From: Octopus vulgaris
Taxonomy: Eukaryota
Direction: 5' to 3'
DNA length: 64,000 nt
NCBI GenBank assembly: GCA_951406725.2
Contig: OX597822.1
Span: 71,610,001-71,674,000 of the forward strand
The position numbers and the translations under genes were made by a program. The notes beneath the pieces are model-generated. The model was not told the origin of the DNA, did not search any database, and saw only the letters and a list, made by a program, of their open reading frames with translations. Each line of letters begins with the position of its first letter. The stretch's first letter is position 1. Below are positions 1 to 11,826 of the stretch, piece after piece.

Positions 1-24
1 TATTGTTATTATTATTATTATTAA

Positions 25-233
25 GATGGCAAGCTAACAGAATCATTAGCATGCTAAACAAATTGCATAGTGGTATTTGCCTGTTGCTACATTCTGAGTT
101 CAAATTCCACTGAGGTCAACTTTGCCTTTCAGTCTTTTGAGGTCCATAAATTAAGTACCGGTTGAGTACTGATGTCTATGTAATCAATTATCCCACTCCC
201 CTGAATTTCAAGCTTTGTGCCTACAATAGAAAG
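25..233 (+). mobile_element. tRNA-derived SINE, family B (MetaSINE-like)
   Basis: Head gctaacagaatcattagc...gagttcaaattcc (A/B-box-like), then gaggtcaactttgcctttc...ataaattaagtacc resembling the Meta domain; many homologous copies in the window. Confidence 0.7.
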
Positions 234-234
234 G

Positions 235-235
<1 letters not shown>

Positions 236-332
<97 letters not shown>

Positions 333-334
333 CA

Positions 335-371
<37 letters not shown>

Positions 372-373
372 CA
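236..373. repeat. (ATT)n microsatellite
   Basis: Direct reading; source of the poly-I/poly-Y ORFs. Confidence 0.95.
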
Positions 374-636
374 TTCAGTAGTTTTATTTTTATATTGTCC
401 TTTCACTTCACTACCGTGTGCAGCTCTGTGTGCCTTGGGTATGTGCTGTGGTTTTATGTTCTTATTGTTACTGTATTGAAAGCGTTTTGCATAGGATGTG
501 TGCAGTGCCCAGTAGTGCAATTTTCTGTATGTTATATATATTTGTAAGTCCTGGTGTTTTTGTTATGTAGTTGTCTGAATATTTTTTTATCATACTTTGT
601 GCACCTAGTATGATAGAAATTGTTTCTGTTTTTAGA
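374..636 (-). mobile_element. Dong/R4-clade LINE 3' end, 5'-truncated, within (TAA)n
   Basis: Translation LKTETISIILGAQSMIKK...IQKIALLGTAHILCKTLSIQ* matches the R4/Dong C-terminus (QK.ALLGTAHIL); (TTA)n on both sides. Confidence 0.85.
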
Positions 637-659
637 TTATTATTATTATTATTATTTAA

Positions 660-880
660 CCCTTTCATTACTGTATTTATTTTGAGATGCTCTGTTTTTC
701 TTTCAGTTATTTTTGATATAGCAAAGAATTTTGTAAAATGACTTAGTTATTGTTAAGCTAGTGTTAGGAACATAAATTGTGACTAAGGTTTGGCAGAAGA
801 TTTTAATTCAGAACTTTTGAAAACAAGACATTTGTGCTACAGAGCCAGAGGTGGTTTTAGCCAGGTTGGTAACAAAAGGG
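660..880. mobile_element. piggyBac-like MITE
   Basis: TTAA at 656-659 and 881-884; TIRs ccctttcattac / gtaacaaaaggg; related inverted copy at 48531-48750. Confidence 0.75.
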
Positions 881-884
881 TTAA

Positions 885-1500
885 GATGTTACACAATGTC
901 AAATATCATGATGTTGTTGATTGAAGATATTGTGTCCACCAAGGGTTTGCCCTGTCTGTCAAGTCACAACAAGGACCTCAGACAGACAGTACTTTACACA
1001 ATATGTGTGCAGTTCCAAGTAATGCTGATTTTTTGCAATAGACCCAGATTGTAGAGGATTTCTAAAGTTTCCAGATGTTTTTTTCAGGTTGGTTGGTATT
1101 GAACCCAATGCTCTGATGACAATAGGGATAACCTCTATGTTTGACTCTCGTAGCTTCCATATCTTAACGATCACAATTCTCAGGTCTCCATATTTATCAA
1201 TCTTTTCTCTTTCTTTCATGGTAATATGTTGATCTCTTGGCACTGCTATGTCGATTATTAAGCACTCTTGTTTGTCCCTCCTAAAGGTTACTATATCCAG
1301 CCTTCAGTGCTCTAACACCTGTCTGGAAGTGAAAGTCTCAGAGGATTTTTGCCTTCCCCTTTTCATCCATTACTTTCTCTGATGTATGTTGGTACCAAGC
1401 ACCAGTAACCTCGTATCCATACTTCTGGCATAGTAATCTGTGAAGGTTTTGGGCTACCTTGTGGCTGCGCTTGTACTCTTTCTGCGCAAGACTTTCACTA
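885..1500 (-). mobile_element. Dong/R4-clade LINE fragment (restriction-like endonuclease region and 3' UTR), frameshifted
   Basis: LAQKEYKRSHKVAQNLHRLLCQKYG...CLIIDIAVPRDQHITMKEREKIDKYGDL...IPIVIRALG...SALLGTAHILCKVLS; REL-type D..(E)..K..KY motif. Confidence 0.85.
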
Positions 1501-1538
1501 TCATTATTTTTGTTATTGTTGTTGTTACTATTATTATT

Positions 1539-2091
1539 GAGTGAGAGAGCAGTGCATGCCATCAAAATGACACTGGAGTAAAATATATGAAGCCCAGTAT
1601 ACCCATCATGACTACCCGTCTGATAAGGGTACACTAGGCACATGCATCACAACCATATGTACACAACATGGTGATCTCATATCAAGATAAACAGTGCATG
1701 AGCTTGCATGTGGGGGCCCAGTTAGAATTTTCATCAGGTTGAGTAGCCCATCCTTCTCAAAAGGTCCCTGAATAAAGGTTATTTAAGGATGTTGAATGAA
1801 ACACCCAACTTTCCTGAAATGAATTATCCAAACACCAAAGAATCCCTTTCAACACATGGCTATGATGCTTCCCCACTACTTCTGCTCGTGATCAGAAAAG
1901 CACATATTGTCAACCACTAAGGGACATGCTCAACTGGTTAAGGTCAAATAGCTGACAAGCAGATCTGTGGTATTGAGCAGAATATTTGATGTAGCCCATC
2001 TTTTATACCAAGACAAAACAATGTACATGTTAACACTTCCAATCTGTTAATATCAGAAGCCACGAGAGCCAGTCTGGTACTGCATCAGGGC
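1539..2091 (-). mobile_element. ~550-bp non-coding element in (TAA)n, copy 1
   Basis: Colinear with 38784-39326 and 55322-55872, same ends, TTA/TAA flanks. Confidence 0.8.
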
Positions 2092-2236
2092 ATTATTATT
2101 TTTCTTTTGGGGTTGATAAAATAAGTACCAGTTGAACACTGGGGGTCAAGGTAACTGACTTATATCCTTTCCCAAAATAGTTGGCCTTGAGCTAATATTT
2201 TAAACCATTATCACTATCCTCAGCAGCAGCATCATT

Positions 2237-2634
2237 ACTCTTTTACTCTTTTACTTGTTTCAGTGATGTGACTGTGGCCATGCTGGAGCACCGCCTTTAG
2301 TCGAGCAAATCAACCCCAGGACTTATTCTTTGTAAGCCTAGTACTTATTCTATCGGTCTCTTTTGCCGAACTGCTAAGTTACGGGGACGTAAACACACCA
2401 GTATCAGTTGTCAAGTAATGTTGGGAGGACAAACACAGAAGCACAAACATATACACACACATACATATATACGACAGGCTTCTTTCAGTTTTCGTCTACC
2501 AAATCCACTCACAAGGCTTTGGTCGGCCCGAAGCTATAGTAGAAGACACTTGCCCAAGGTGCCACGCAGTGGGACTGAACCCAGAACCATATGGTTGGTA
2601 AGCAAGCTACTTACCACACAGGCACTCCGCCTAT
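2237..2634 (-). mobile_element. tRNA-derived SINE, family A
   Basis: Minus-strand head gtgtggtaagtagcttgc...ggttcagtccc (A/B boxes), ccttgggcaagtgtctt core, (CA/TA) middle, taaaagag tail; >20 copies in the window. Confidence 0.85.
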
Positions 2635-2685
2635 CATCATCATTATCATCATCATCATGGTTATTATTATTATTATTATTATTAT

Positions 2686-2733
<48 letters not shown>

Positions 2734-2988
2734 CAGCAGCAGCAGCAGCAGCAGTAATGATAGAGTAGCACATGCCATCAAAGTGACGCTGGGGTACAAA
2801 CATATGAAGCCCAGTGTACCTGAGTGAGGGCCCTTGTAATATTTGCTCTGTACTGACTTATAAACATTCCCTTTGTTACTCTTACTGCCAGATGTGCAGT
2901 GAACTAACAATGATTGATCTGTCAGAAACCTGTAACGATTAACACTACTGTTCACACATTACAATGTAAATTATATAAATAAATAAAT

Positions 2989-2989
2989 A

Positions 2990-3037
<48 letters not shown>

Positions 3038-3038
3038 A
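2989..3038. repeat. (GAAA)n microsatellite following (TAAA)n
   Basis: Direct reading. Confidence 0.95.
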
Positions 3039-3352
3039 CATTAAAATAAACATTATCACCTCTTCTGCTACTAATACCACCAACATTATCATTATGACTG
3101 TAATTACCCACTTCCATCATCACCAATTCTATCAATAACTATTAGTAACACAGTCACCATTATTCTCACATTAACTCTCATCTTTTCAACACCTCTTCAT
3201 TGCAGATACATCACATATAGATTTCTGTCCTGATTAGTATTGATCTGTGCGTCACTCTGTTTGTTTTCCTTTGATTGACTGATATTCCAGTCTTGACAGT
3301 TCCATCATTTCCCCTGGTATGTTCTATCCAGATCTACATTATCTGGTGCGAA

Positions 3353-3716
3353 GGTGCAATGGCTCAGTGGTTAGGGCAGCAGGCTCACAGTTTTAGGATT
3401 GCAGTTTCAATTCCCAGACTGGGCATTGAGTAAAAACACCTAAAGCTCCACGAGGCTCCAGCAGGGGGTGGTAACGAACCCTGCTGTGCTATTTCGCCAC
3501 AGCTTTCTCTCATTCTTTCTTCCTGTTTCTGTTGTACCTGTATTTCAAAGGGCCAGCCTTGTAACACTCTGTGTCATGCTGAATCTCCCCCGAGAATTAC
3601 ATTAAGGATACATATGTCTGTGGAGTGCTCAGCCACTTGCACATTAATTTCACGAGCAGGCTGTTCTGTTGATTGGATCAACTGGAACCCTCGTTGTCAT
3701 AACTGATGGAGTGCCA
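3353..3716 (+). mobile_element. tRNA-derived SINE, family C
   Basis: Head ggtgcaatggctcagtggttaggg...gtttcaattccc; 3' body tgtatttcaaagggccagccttgt...gatggagtgcc shared with 9968-10280 and 17850-18235. Confidence 0.75.
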
Positions 3717-3894
3717 TGTAAACATTATCCAGTGTGATCTTCTTTTATGAAAGTATGTTGTTTGAGGGAGATTTAACTGCTGCTTCTAGCAGGTTAAATG
3801 AGTGCACAGAAGTTCTTGTCATTTTATCATTTTTATTTATTTTGACAAATCAATAATCTTCTGCTACCAATTTTATAACTTTTTTAATAAAAGA

Positions 3895-4310
3895 CAAAGA
3901 ATTCAGGAAACTGAAAGATGCCCATCGTTTGCTCCTTTGCCCCACATGGGCTCAACTCCCCTCCTCTCTTCATCTGACTCACCTCCTCTCCGCTCTTCAT
4001 CTGACACCTACTTCCTCTCTTTACTCCTGGCCACATTCTTTCTTCATTGATACCCCCTCCACCCACACTTCACTCCTACACACCCCACCCTACCTCCACA
4101 CCTTCACTCCATTGAACTAAACTACCACACTATCCCCACACACCTACACCATCCCATGCTTCACACACACTAGCTCTGACCACTTCCCCTATCCTCACAT
4201 CCCCACATTCCAACACCACACTCCTCCCCACCACACCACACCACACCACATCACACCAACCCACTAGCACTGACCATTTCCCAGCACCCACACCACACAC
4301 CATCATCTAC
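3895..4310 (+). mobile_element. Penelope-like element ORF end (GIY-YIG C-terminus) with C/A-rich 3' region
   Basis: tcc ttt gcc cca cat ggg ctc aac ... ttc atc tga = SFAPHGLNSPPLFI*, matching the P.GLN motif ending PLE GIY-YIG domains. Confidence 0.5.
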
Positions 4311-4466
4311 ACACCCAGTCCTTGACTGGTACTTTTTTTTATCGACCCCGAAAGGATGAAAGTCAAAGTTGACTTTGGCAGAATTTGAACTCAGAATTTC
4401 AAGACAGACGAAATACCGCTTATCATTTTTCCCGGCATGCTAAAGACTCTTCCCACTCGCTGCCTT
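4310..4466 (-). mobile_element. SINE family B (MetaSINE-like)
   Basis: atcgaccccgaaaggatgaaagtcaaagttgac...gaatttgaactcagaa, reverse complement of family B. Confidence 0.75.
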
Positions 4467-4482
4467 ATATTCATTTATATAA

Positions 4483-4905
4483 TTATTTCTTTATTGCCCA
4501 CAAGGGGTTAGACATAGAAGGGACAAACAAGGACAGACAAAGGGATTAAGTTGATTACATTGACCCCAGGAAACTAGGTAACGGATCTTATGGTTCCTAG
4601 GGCTATCAAAAAATACCTTAGGATTGAGAACCCAGGTTCGAAATTTACCCAGGACACCTGAAGAAGGCTGGAAAGTATATCAGCTGAAATGTTGTGTTAA
4701 CAACAAACAAGATGAGGACAAGTATCTGTCAAATATAAATAATGTAAATAATGTAAAAAAATTTCTGGTACTTATTTAATCAATCCCGAAAGGATGAAAG
4801 GCAAAGTCAACCTTGGCGGAATTTGAACTCAGAATGTGATGGCAGACGAAATACTGCTAAGCATTTCACCCAGTGTGCTAACGATTCTGTCAGCTCACCA
4901 CCCTT
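4483..4905 (-). mobile_element. SINE family B interrupted by a hammerhead-bearing element (about 4570-4762)
   Basis: Family B sequence stops at tgaccccag (4569) and resumes at ctggtacttattt (4765). Confidence 0.75.
4654..4697 (+). ncRNA. Minimal type I hammerhead ribozyme motif (PLE-type)
   Basis: acac CTGAAGA a ggctg-loop-cagct GAAA tg TT gtgt; helix I acac/gtgt; helix II ggctg/cagct. Confidence 0.6.
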
Positions 4906-5761
4906 AATTCATTTATATAATGAACAAATGCATTATTGGTTTAGACTTAAGGGCAACAACAGCACCATTTATTTTTTCTTGTTTTTTTTTTACCTTATTT
5001 GAAGACTATTTTATTTGAAACCTTATTAGGTAGTATAGAGAAATTTTAACACATGACGTAGAATTGATATATTTTTCTTTTACATATACACTAATTATAA
5101 ATAAATCTGGTTATAATTGAGACATAATAATTTTTTTAGTTTTAATCAGTAGTTACATACTTATTCCTTACCATCGATGACAATTAAAAATAATATTAAA
5201 AATTTAATCTGTTAAATGAGAAGTTTTAGAATTTTTTTGCTTTAATTGTTTATTACAAGGTATTGGATATTGGTTTCAACGTTGTTAATCGTAGCTTTAA
5301 TTGGCCCTTTAGGCAACTATTTGTTATCTGAGATCTCAAACATATTTTGGTTTGCAATGCATATGAAAATATTGATTTACAACGGTAGCTTGTGCAAAAA
5401 ATACAAAAACAAAAAAAAATCATCGTTTCAATGCGAATATTGGTGCAGATGTGGGTATGCTGCTGCAGTTTTGCACATTCCGATGAGAACTTTCTTAGTA
5501 TTAAATCGAGACACTGTTACATTAATTCAATTTCCTGAAAGTTTAAATAACTCCCATCTTCAAATCAGATATTTTGTGGACATTTATCAGGTGTGCTTGA
5601 AAAAGTAGCTCAGAGGGAAAAAAACAAAATTATTTTGTACAAGCAGAAGATGCTGAACTGAAAAGTTCTAAAGAAAATGCACAATGGTGTTTAGTTCCTA
5701 ATCTATAGATTCTTAGTTCAAATCCTGCAAGAGACAATTTTGCTTTTTAGATATTTCATCA

Positions 5762-6096
5762 TTACTCTTTTACTCTTTTTTACTCTTTTACTTGTTTCAG
5801 TCATTTGACTGTGGCCATGCTGGAAAACCGCCTTTAGTCAAGCAAATCGACACTAGGACTTATTCTTTGTAAGCTTAGTACTTATTCTATTGGTCCTTTT
5901 TGCCGAACCACTAAGTTACGGGGACATAAATACACCAGCATCTGTTGTTAAGCAATGTTGGGGGACAAACACAAGGCTTTGGTCAGCCCAAGGCTATAGT
6001 AGAAGACACTTGCCCAAGGTGCCACACAGTGGGACTGAACCCGGAACGATGTGGTTGGTAAGCAAGCTACTTACCACACAGCCACTCCTGCACCTA
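5762..6096 (-). mobile_element. SINE family A, internally deleted
   Basis: Homologous to 2237-2634 but lacking the middle segment. Confidence 0.8.
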
Positions 6097-6383
6097 TTAT
6101 TTAACATTATAATTCAACTTAATATCTCCATCTCCTGAAATTGAATTTTACTATTCTGATCTCTCTTTTTTCATTAGTTCATGACTTTTTGAATTTTCTC
6201 ATTATTCATTAATTCCTCAAGTAACCAATTCTGGTATGGGTTAAATGTTCCAATGGGAATTGGCAATACAGAAGACTGTACCAAATTCCAAAGTCTCCAA
6301 GGGCTGATAAAATAAAGTACCAGTCAAGTAGTGGAGTTGATGTAATTGGTTTAGCCCCTCCCCTCAAAATAGCTGTCCTTGAT

Positions 6384-6573
6384 CCCTGCTACAGACCAGT
6401 ACCCTGTTCAGGGCAATGTTGTGATCCTGATCACATATATGCCAAAGAAACTGGGTAACGGATCTTATGGTTCCTAGGGCTGAAGAAAAATATATAAAAA
6501 AAACCTCTATGCCATAGTGGTTAAGGGTGGAGGCTACTAATCTCAAGATTCTGAGTTTGATTCTAGGCAGTGA

Positions 6574-6670
<97 letters not shown>

Positions 6671-6713
6671 TATAATAATAATAATAATAATAATAATGAT
6701 AATAATAATAATG

Positions 6714-6749
<36 letters not shown>

Positions 6750-6888
6750 TTGAAAAATATCTTAGGAATGAGAACCCAGGTTCAAAATTTCCCCAGGACA
6801 CCTGAAGAAGGCTGGAGAGTATATCAGCTGAAACAAACAAGATGAGGACAAATATCCATAATGTAAACAATGTAAACAATGTAAAAAA
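6384..6888 (+). mobile_element. Composite element: leader + tRNA-like head + (AAT)n + B-box-like motif + hammerhead + aatgtaaac tail
   Basis: tRNA-like 6504-6576 (tagtggttaagg...tactaatc...gagtttgattc); (AAT)n 6578-6747; acac CTGAAGA aggctg..cagct GAAAC 6798-6834; homologues at 4570-4762, 8435-8531, 16150-16350 and 63044-63256. Confidence 0.65.
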
Positions 6889-7463
6889 ATTTCTGTTGCA
6901 AACACTCATGCAATATCTCCTATCTGAAGATATTTCCTATCACCTGTAATAGAAGCCCTAAAAAGAGCCATGGACAAAAACCTTTCTAATTTTGACTAAT
7001 ACAAAATAAGAAATGCAACATGAAATAATCTCTAAAATAATCTTATTATTTTATCAGCCCAAGTGGGATGAAAAATGAAGCTGACTCAGACAGGATTTAG
7101 TTTCAAAATGTAAAAAGACATGACTAGATATCACAAGACCTTTCCCACAAATCACACATAATTCTCAAAAAAAGAAGCAAAGACACATTGAATTATAGAT
7201 GAGGGGCATGGTTGTAAAAGGATGATAATGGTTGGAATATCTTACTTTGATCACTGACCTTTCAGATTGGGGTTGATCTGGGTTAAACTGCAACAAAGGA
7301 ATCAAGAAGTTCCTTCCATTATTTCATTTCTTAGAATTACAGCTCTTTACAAAATGCAATCAACACAGGACATCATGAATCCTACATGTGATCACTTGAT
7401 ATTCTATGAATAGCAGCCAAATTTCCCTCAGATATCACCCTACTGTCTTAAGCATTTCAAGAC

Positions 7464-7900
7464 GGATCTTTTCGGTTTGAACGGCAGTTTTTCTAGCAGT
7501 GTCATATGAAATAGTCACCCATAATTATGACCCTAGAATTGATCTGTTGCATTTCAATCTCTTTTAGGGTTAGGGTTAGTTAGGGTTAGGGTTAGGGTTA
7601 GGGGTGGGGGAAAGGTATCTTTTTTTCTTCACAAATGTAAATAAACCCAATCTATTTCTTAAACGAGGGACATATTCATATGGCACAGAATGCTTTTTAA
7701 CTCGACAGACGTCACTGATTGGTTGAAATTGCAGAAATTAAAGAAAAAAAACAACAAATATCTTACAAACTATAGAATTTTCTCAATAAAGGCAAGAGAA
7801 AAAGATGTTTTATAAACACATTCTACCAGTATACGAAGTTTCAAACTTTTTAATTACCTAGAAATTATGTTAATAACTGCTGTTCAAACCGAAAAGATCC
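7464..7900. mobile_element. MITE with 26-bp TIR and 8-bp TSD (Merlin-like), containing a telomere-type (TTAGGG)n tract
   Basis: TIRs ggatcttttcggtttgaacggcagtt / aactgctgttcaaaccgaaaagatcc; TSD ttcaagac at 7456-7463 and 7901-7908; TTAGGG repeats at 7564-7603. Confidence 0.85.
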
Positions 7901-8150
7901 TTCAAGACTACTAGGATACGTGTCCTCTGAGTCTAACCTACAGATTTATCTGGAAATTTTATATATATCTTTCATCGACCATAGACTAATTTGGGCAGGG
8001 CTGAAGTAGGTTAAACAGCAACACAGAAAGCCAGAAGTACTACCATTATCTTACTTCTTAAGTTCACAGTTTTGTAACAATCACAAAGCAGCCAAATTCC
8101 AGCTATAAATAGCTGCTAATTTTCTCTCAAATGTCATCCTACTGTCTTAA

Positions 8151-8366
8151 CCCATATATGCCCATAAAAAATTTCACTGTATTTAGATTAAGCCTTTTGG
8201 TAAGCTTTCACAATCTGGAAGAGAAGGACAATATGCAACTGTTAGTTAGGGGTGTCGACTACCTACTGAATATTTTGTGTACTCAGTCAGATACTTCCCA
8301 ACGCATTCATGTCCAAAGTAGGAGCAGGTTTTGTGTTGTGCAAACGCAACCAGGGGTATATACGGG
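8151..8366. mobile_element. piggyBac-like MITE, second family
   Basis: TTAA at 8147-8150 and 8367-8370; TIRs cccatatatgccc / gggtatatacggg. Confidence 0.7.
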
Positions 8367-8488
8367 TTAATTTCAAGACTGTTGGGATGCATAATTACTG
8401 GGAGGAGTCTAACCTACAAACCAAGCTGGAAAATTTAAACATTATTTACATTATTTACAGATATTTGTTTTTATCTTGTTTGTTGTTA

Positions 8489-8531
8489 ACACAACATTTT
8501 GGCTGATATACCCTCCAGCCTTCTTCAGGTG
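8489..8531 (-). ncRNA. Degenerate hammerhead motif, same family as 4654
   Basis: Reverse complement cac CTGAAGA aggctg gagggtatat cagcc AAAA tg TT gtgt; GAAA mutated to AAAA. Confidence 0.45.
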
Positions 8532-8611
8532 ATAGTCATGGATGGAATAATTTTTATCATAGTTCTGTAGAGTTGAATTGAGGCAGTCAAAAAGAACAAC
8601 AATGAAGATAC

Positions 8612-9420
8612 AGGTTTCAAATTTTGGTACAATGCCTGCAAGTTCAGGGAGGGGGAAAATTTATTAGATCGGTCCCAGTGCTTAACTGGTATTTATTTCA
8701 TAGGTCCTGAAAGAATTTGAACTCAGAACATAAAGACAGACGAAATGCTGCTGAGTATTTTGCCCGGCCTGCTAATGATTCTGCCAGTTTGCCTCCTTTC
8801 CATAATTAAATATTAATTTCAAATTTTAGTACAAGGCCAGTAATGTTGGTGCTGGGGAAAAGCGGCGAGCTGGCAGAATCGTTAGCATGCCAGGCGAAAT
8901 GCGTAGCCGTATTTCATCTGCCGTTACATACTGAGTTCAAATTCCTCCAAGGCCGACTTTGCCTTTCATCCTTTTGGGGTCGATAAATTAAGTACCAGTT
9001 ACGCACTGGGGTCGATATAATCGACTTAATCCGTTTGTCTGTCCTTGTTTGTTTTCTCTGTATTTAGCCCCTTGTGAATAGCAGAGAAATAGGAATTCAT
9101 CTGTCTTTACGTTTTGAGCTAAAATTCTGCCTTTTGGGGCTGATAAATTAAGTACCAGTTGCATACTGGAGTCAATCTAATCGACTGGCCCCTTCCCCAA
9201 AATTTTGGACCTTGTGCCTAGAGTAGAAAAGAATGTTGGGGTAGGGGGTAAGTTGATTACATTGACCCCAGTGCTCAACTGGTGCTTATTTCATCGCCCC
9301 CGCCCCCATAAGGATGAAAGACAAAGTCAACCTTGGCAGAATTTGAACTCAGAACATGGTGACAGACAAAATGCTGCTAAGCAATATGCCTGGCATGCTA
9401 ACGATTCTGCCATATTGCCA
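8612..9420. mobile_element. Nested cluster of family B SINEs; best-preserved copy 8861-9091 on +
   Basis: gcggcgagctggcagaatcgttagc...gcctttcatccttttggggtcgataaattaagtaccag, flanked by opposite-strand copies. Confidence 0.75.
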
Positions 9421-9967
9421 ACAACACTAAAGTTATTAACATAATTATGTATGCACATACCACCAATAACTTAATTAATTATCACAGCAGGCTGCACATT
9501 ATAAATATAACATTTTAATACACTTCTAAATTACTGGAGACCTCAACACTCTCACCCCCATCTTGGTACAGTAAGAATACTATTAGCTGCAGACGTGATG
9601 TAATAGCACCACAACTAAAGTCCCATTTGCGTCTGCCTAAACAACTTATTCTATCATTATGAAACAACAGGAGGAGCCCCTAAGTGGTTGTCTAACCTGC
9701 TAGAAATAGCAGTCATATTTCCCTCAAAAATATTTGATGAATATTTTGCTAGTTCGTTTTTGTATTTGGTTTGCAAGATTCTTTATGTGAATTTGTGTGT
9801 TGAAGCATACTTTATTGTGTCTGGGGAGAGTCATTCTGTTTTAATGACTTATTAATCAGCACATTCTCCGGTATGACTATTGAAGAGGTTGCAAGAAACA
9901 GCAAATATTTTAGAAAAAAAAAAAAAAGTAAATGAGAGGAAAGCAAACTACTGTGTGTGTTAATTAA

Positions 9968-10280
9968 TAGTGGTTAGGGGCATTCAGCTCATGATCGTAA
10001 GGTTGTGAGTTCAATTTCCAGTGGCGCGTTGTGTCCTTGAGCAAGACACTTTGTTTTTTTCACGTTGCTCCAGTCCACTCAGCTGTCAAAAATGAGTAGT
10101 ACCTGTATTTCAAAGAGTCAGCCTTGTCACACACTGTGTCACGCTGAATCTCCCCGAGAACTACGTTAAGGGTACACGTGTCTGTGGAGTGCTCAGCCAC
10201 TTACACGTTACTTTCATGAGCAAGCTGTTCCATTGATTGTATCAGCTGGGACCCTCATCGTCGCAAACAATGGAGTGCTC
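9968..10280 (+). mobile_element. tRNA-derived SINE, family C variant with gtccttgagcaagacact core
   Basis: tagtggttagggg...gagttcaattt head; body shared with 3353-3716. Confidence 0.75.
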
Positions 10281-10844
10281 CTAAAACAGAATGACACTCT
10301 CCAAACAGGATAAAATATTGATACTGGTTCTAGCTGTTATGATCACCACATAGACACAAGGGCTGGCTGAGAATTTCTTTTTTTAGTATTAAATATGAAT
10401 TTCAAGATCATAAGAATTTATTGGAGTGTACCTGTGTTGAGAAAAATAATGAATCATTAATTTTACAAATTCATTAGTAAGTGACTTATTAAATTACCAT
10501 TTTAACATAAAGGTTTCACCCTTTTAATACTAACCCATCTGAAACCTCCTCTGATTCTTTGATGCAAACTTCCCCATTTTTAAGTGAGCTAAATTGGAAG
10601 GCATCTGGCCTAGTGGTTAGGGGTGTTGCACTCACAGTTGTAAGATTGAAGTTTCATTTCCCAGACCTGAAATAAGTAAAAGAGTAAAAAAGTGTAAAGG
10701 TGCATTGTGTTTTTGAGTAAAGTGCTTCATTTTGTGTTGCTTCAGTTCACATAGCTGAAATCATCATCATCATTATCATCCTCATCATCATTTAATGCTT
10801 AATTTACAAGACAAGACCCCTGAACTGAGAGGGGGAATATCGAA

Positions 10845-11206
10845 TTTGACTGTGGCCATGCTGGAGCACTGCCTTTAGTCGAACAAATCGACCCCCGGAC
10901 CTATTCTTTGTAAGCCTAGTACTTATTCTATCGGTCTCTTTTGCCGAACTGCTAAGTTACGGGGACGTAAACACACCAGTATCAGTTGTCAAGCAATGTT
11001 GGGAGGACAAACACAGAAGCACAAACATATACACACACATACATATATACGACAGGCTTCTTTCAGTTTTCGTCTACCAAATCCACTCACAAGGCTTTGG
11101 TCGGCCCGAAGCTATAGTAGAAGACACTTGCTCAAGGTGCCACGCAGTGGGATTGAACCCGGAACCATGTGGTTCATAAGCAAGCTACTTACCACATTCC
11201 TATACC
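10845..11206 (-). mobile_element. SINE family A
   Basis: Nearly identical to 2237-2634. Confidence 0.85.
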
Positions 11207-11629
11207 TATAGCTCATTAAAGAACAAAGTACGGAAAATAAATTAAAACTGCCCACCAGAATTTCAGGTTAATTTATGTTCCAAACATCACCTTAATTATG
11301 ACAAACTTATGTCTATCTTTTAGCTTTTACTTGTCTCAGTTATTGGATTGTGACCATGCTGGAGCAATGCCTTGACCCTAGTACTTATTTTCTTTAAAGC
11401 ATGGTACTTATTCTATTGGTTTCTTTTGCTGAACCACTAAGTTACAAGGACATAAACACATCAACATCAGTTGTCAAGTGGTGGCTTGAGACCAACACAG
11501 ACACAAAGACACACAAACACACACACGTGTGTGTGTGTGTGTGTGTGTTTATATAAGGCCAGCTCCATGTCAAACCATCAAACCCATACCGGAATGGAAA
11601 ACAAACATTAAACGATGCTGATGCTGATG

Positions 11630-11665
<36 letters not shown>

Positions 11666-11826
11666 TTATATATATAGGAGTGGCTGTATACATATATATA
11701 TATATTATATATATATATACATATATATATATGTATATATATATGTATGTGATCTGATTAGTTAGAAAGAGCAAATTAGTAGATGCACATGCTTCTATTG
11801 AGGTGCGATTTCAGAATAACAGGGCC

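Noticed and set aside
2418-2768. Recurring peptide [15 protein letters not shown]...KLLTTQ suggesting a gene family
   Set aside because: Antisense translation of the SINE family A head
6504-6576. Functional tRNA gene
   Set aside because: Broken stems and mutated B box; part of a repeat
7564-7603. Chromosome end or telomere fusion
   Set aside because: Short tract internal to a TSD-flanked MITE
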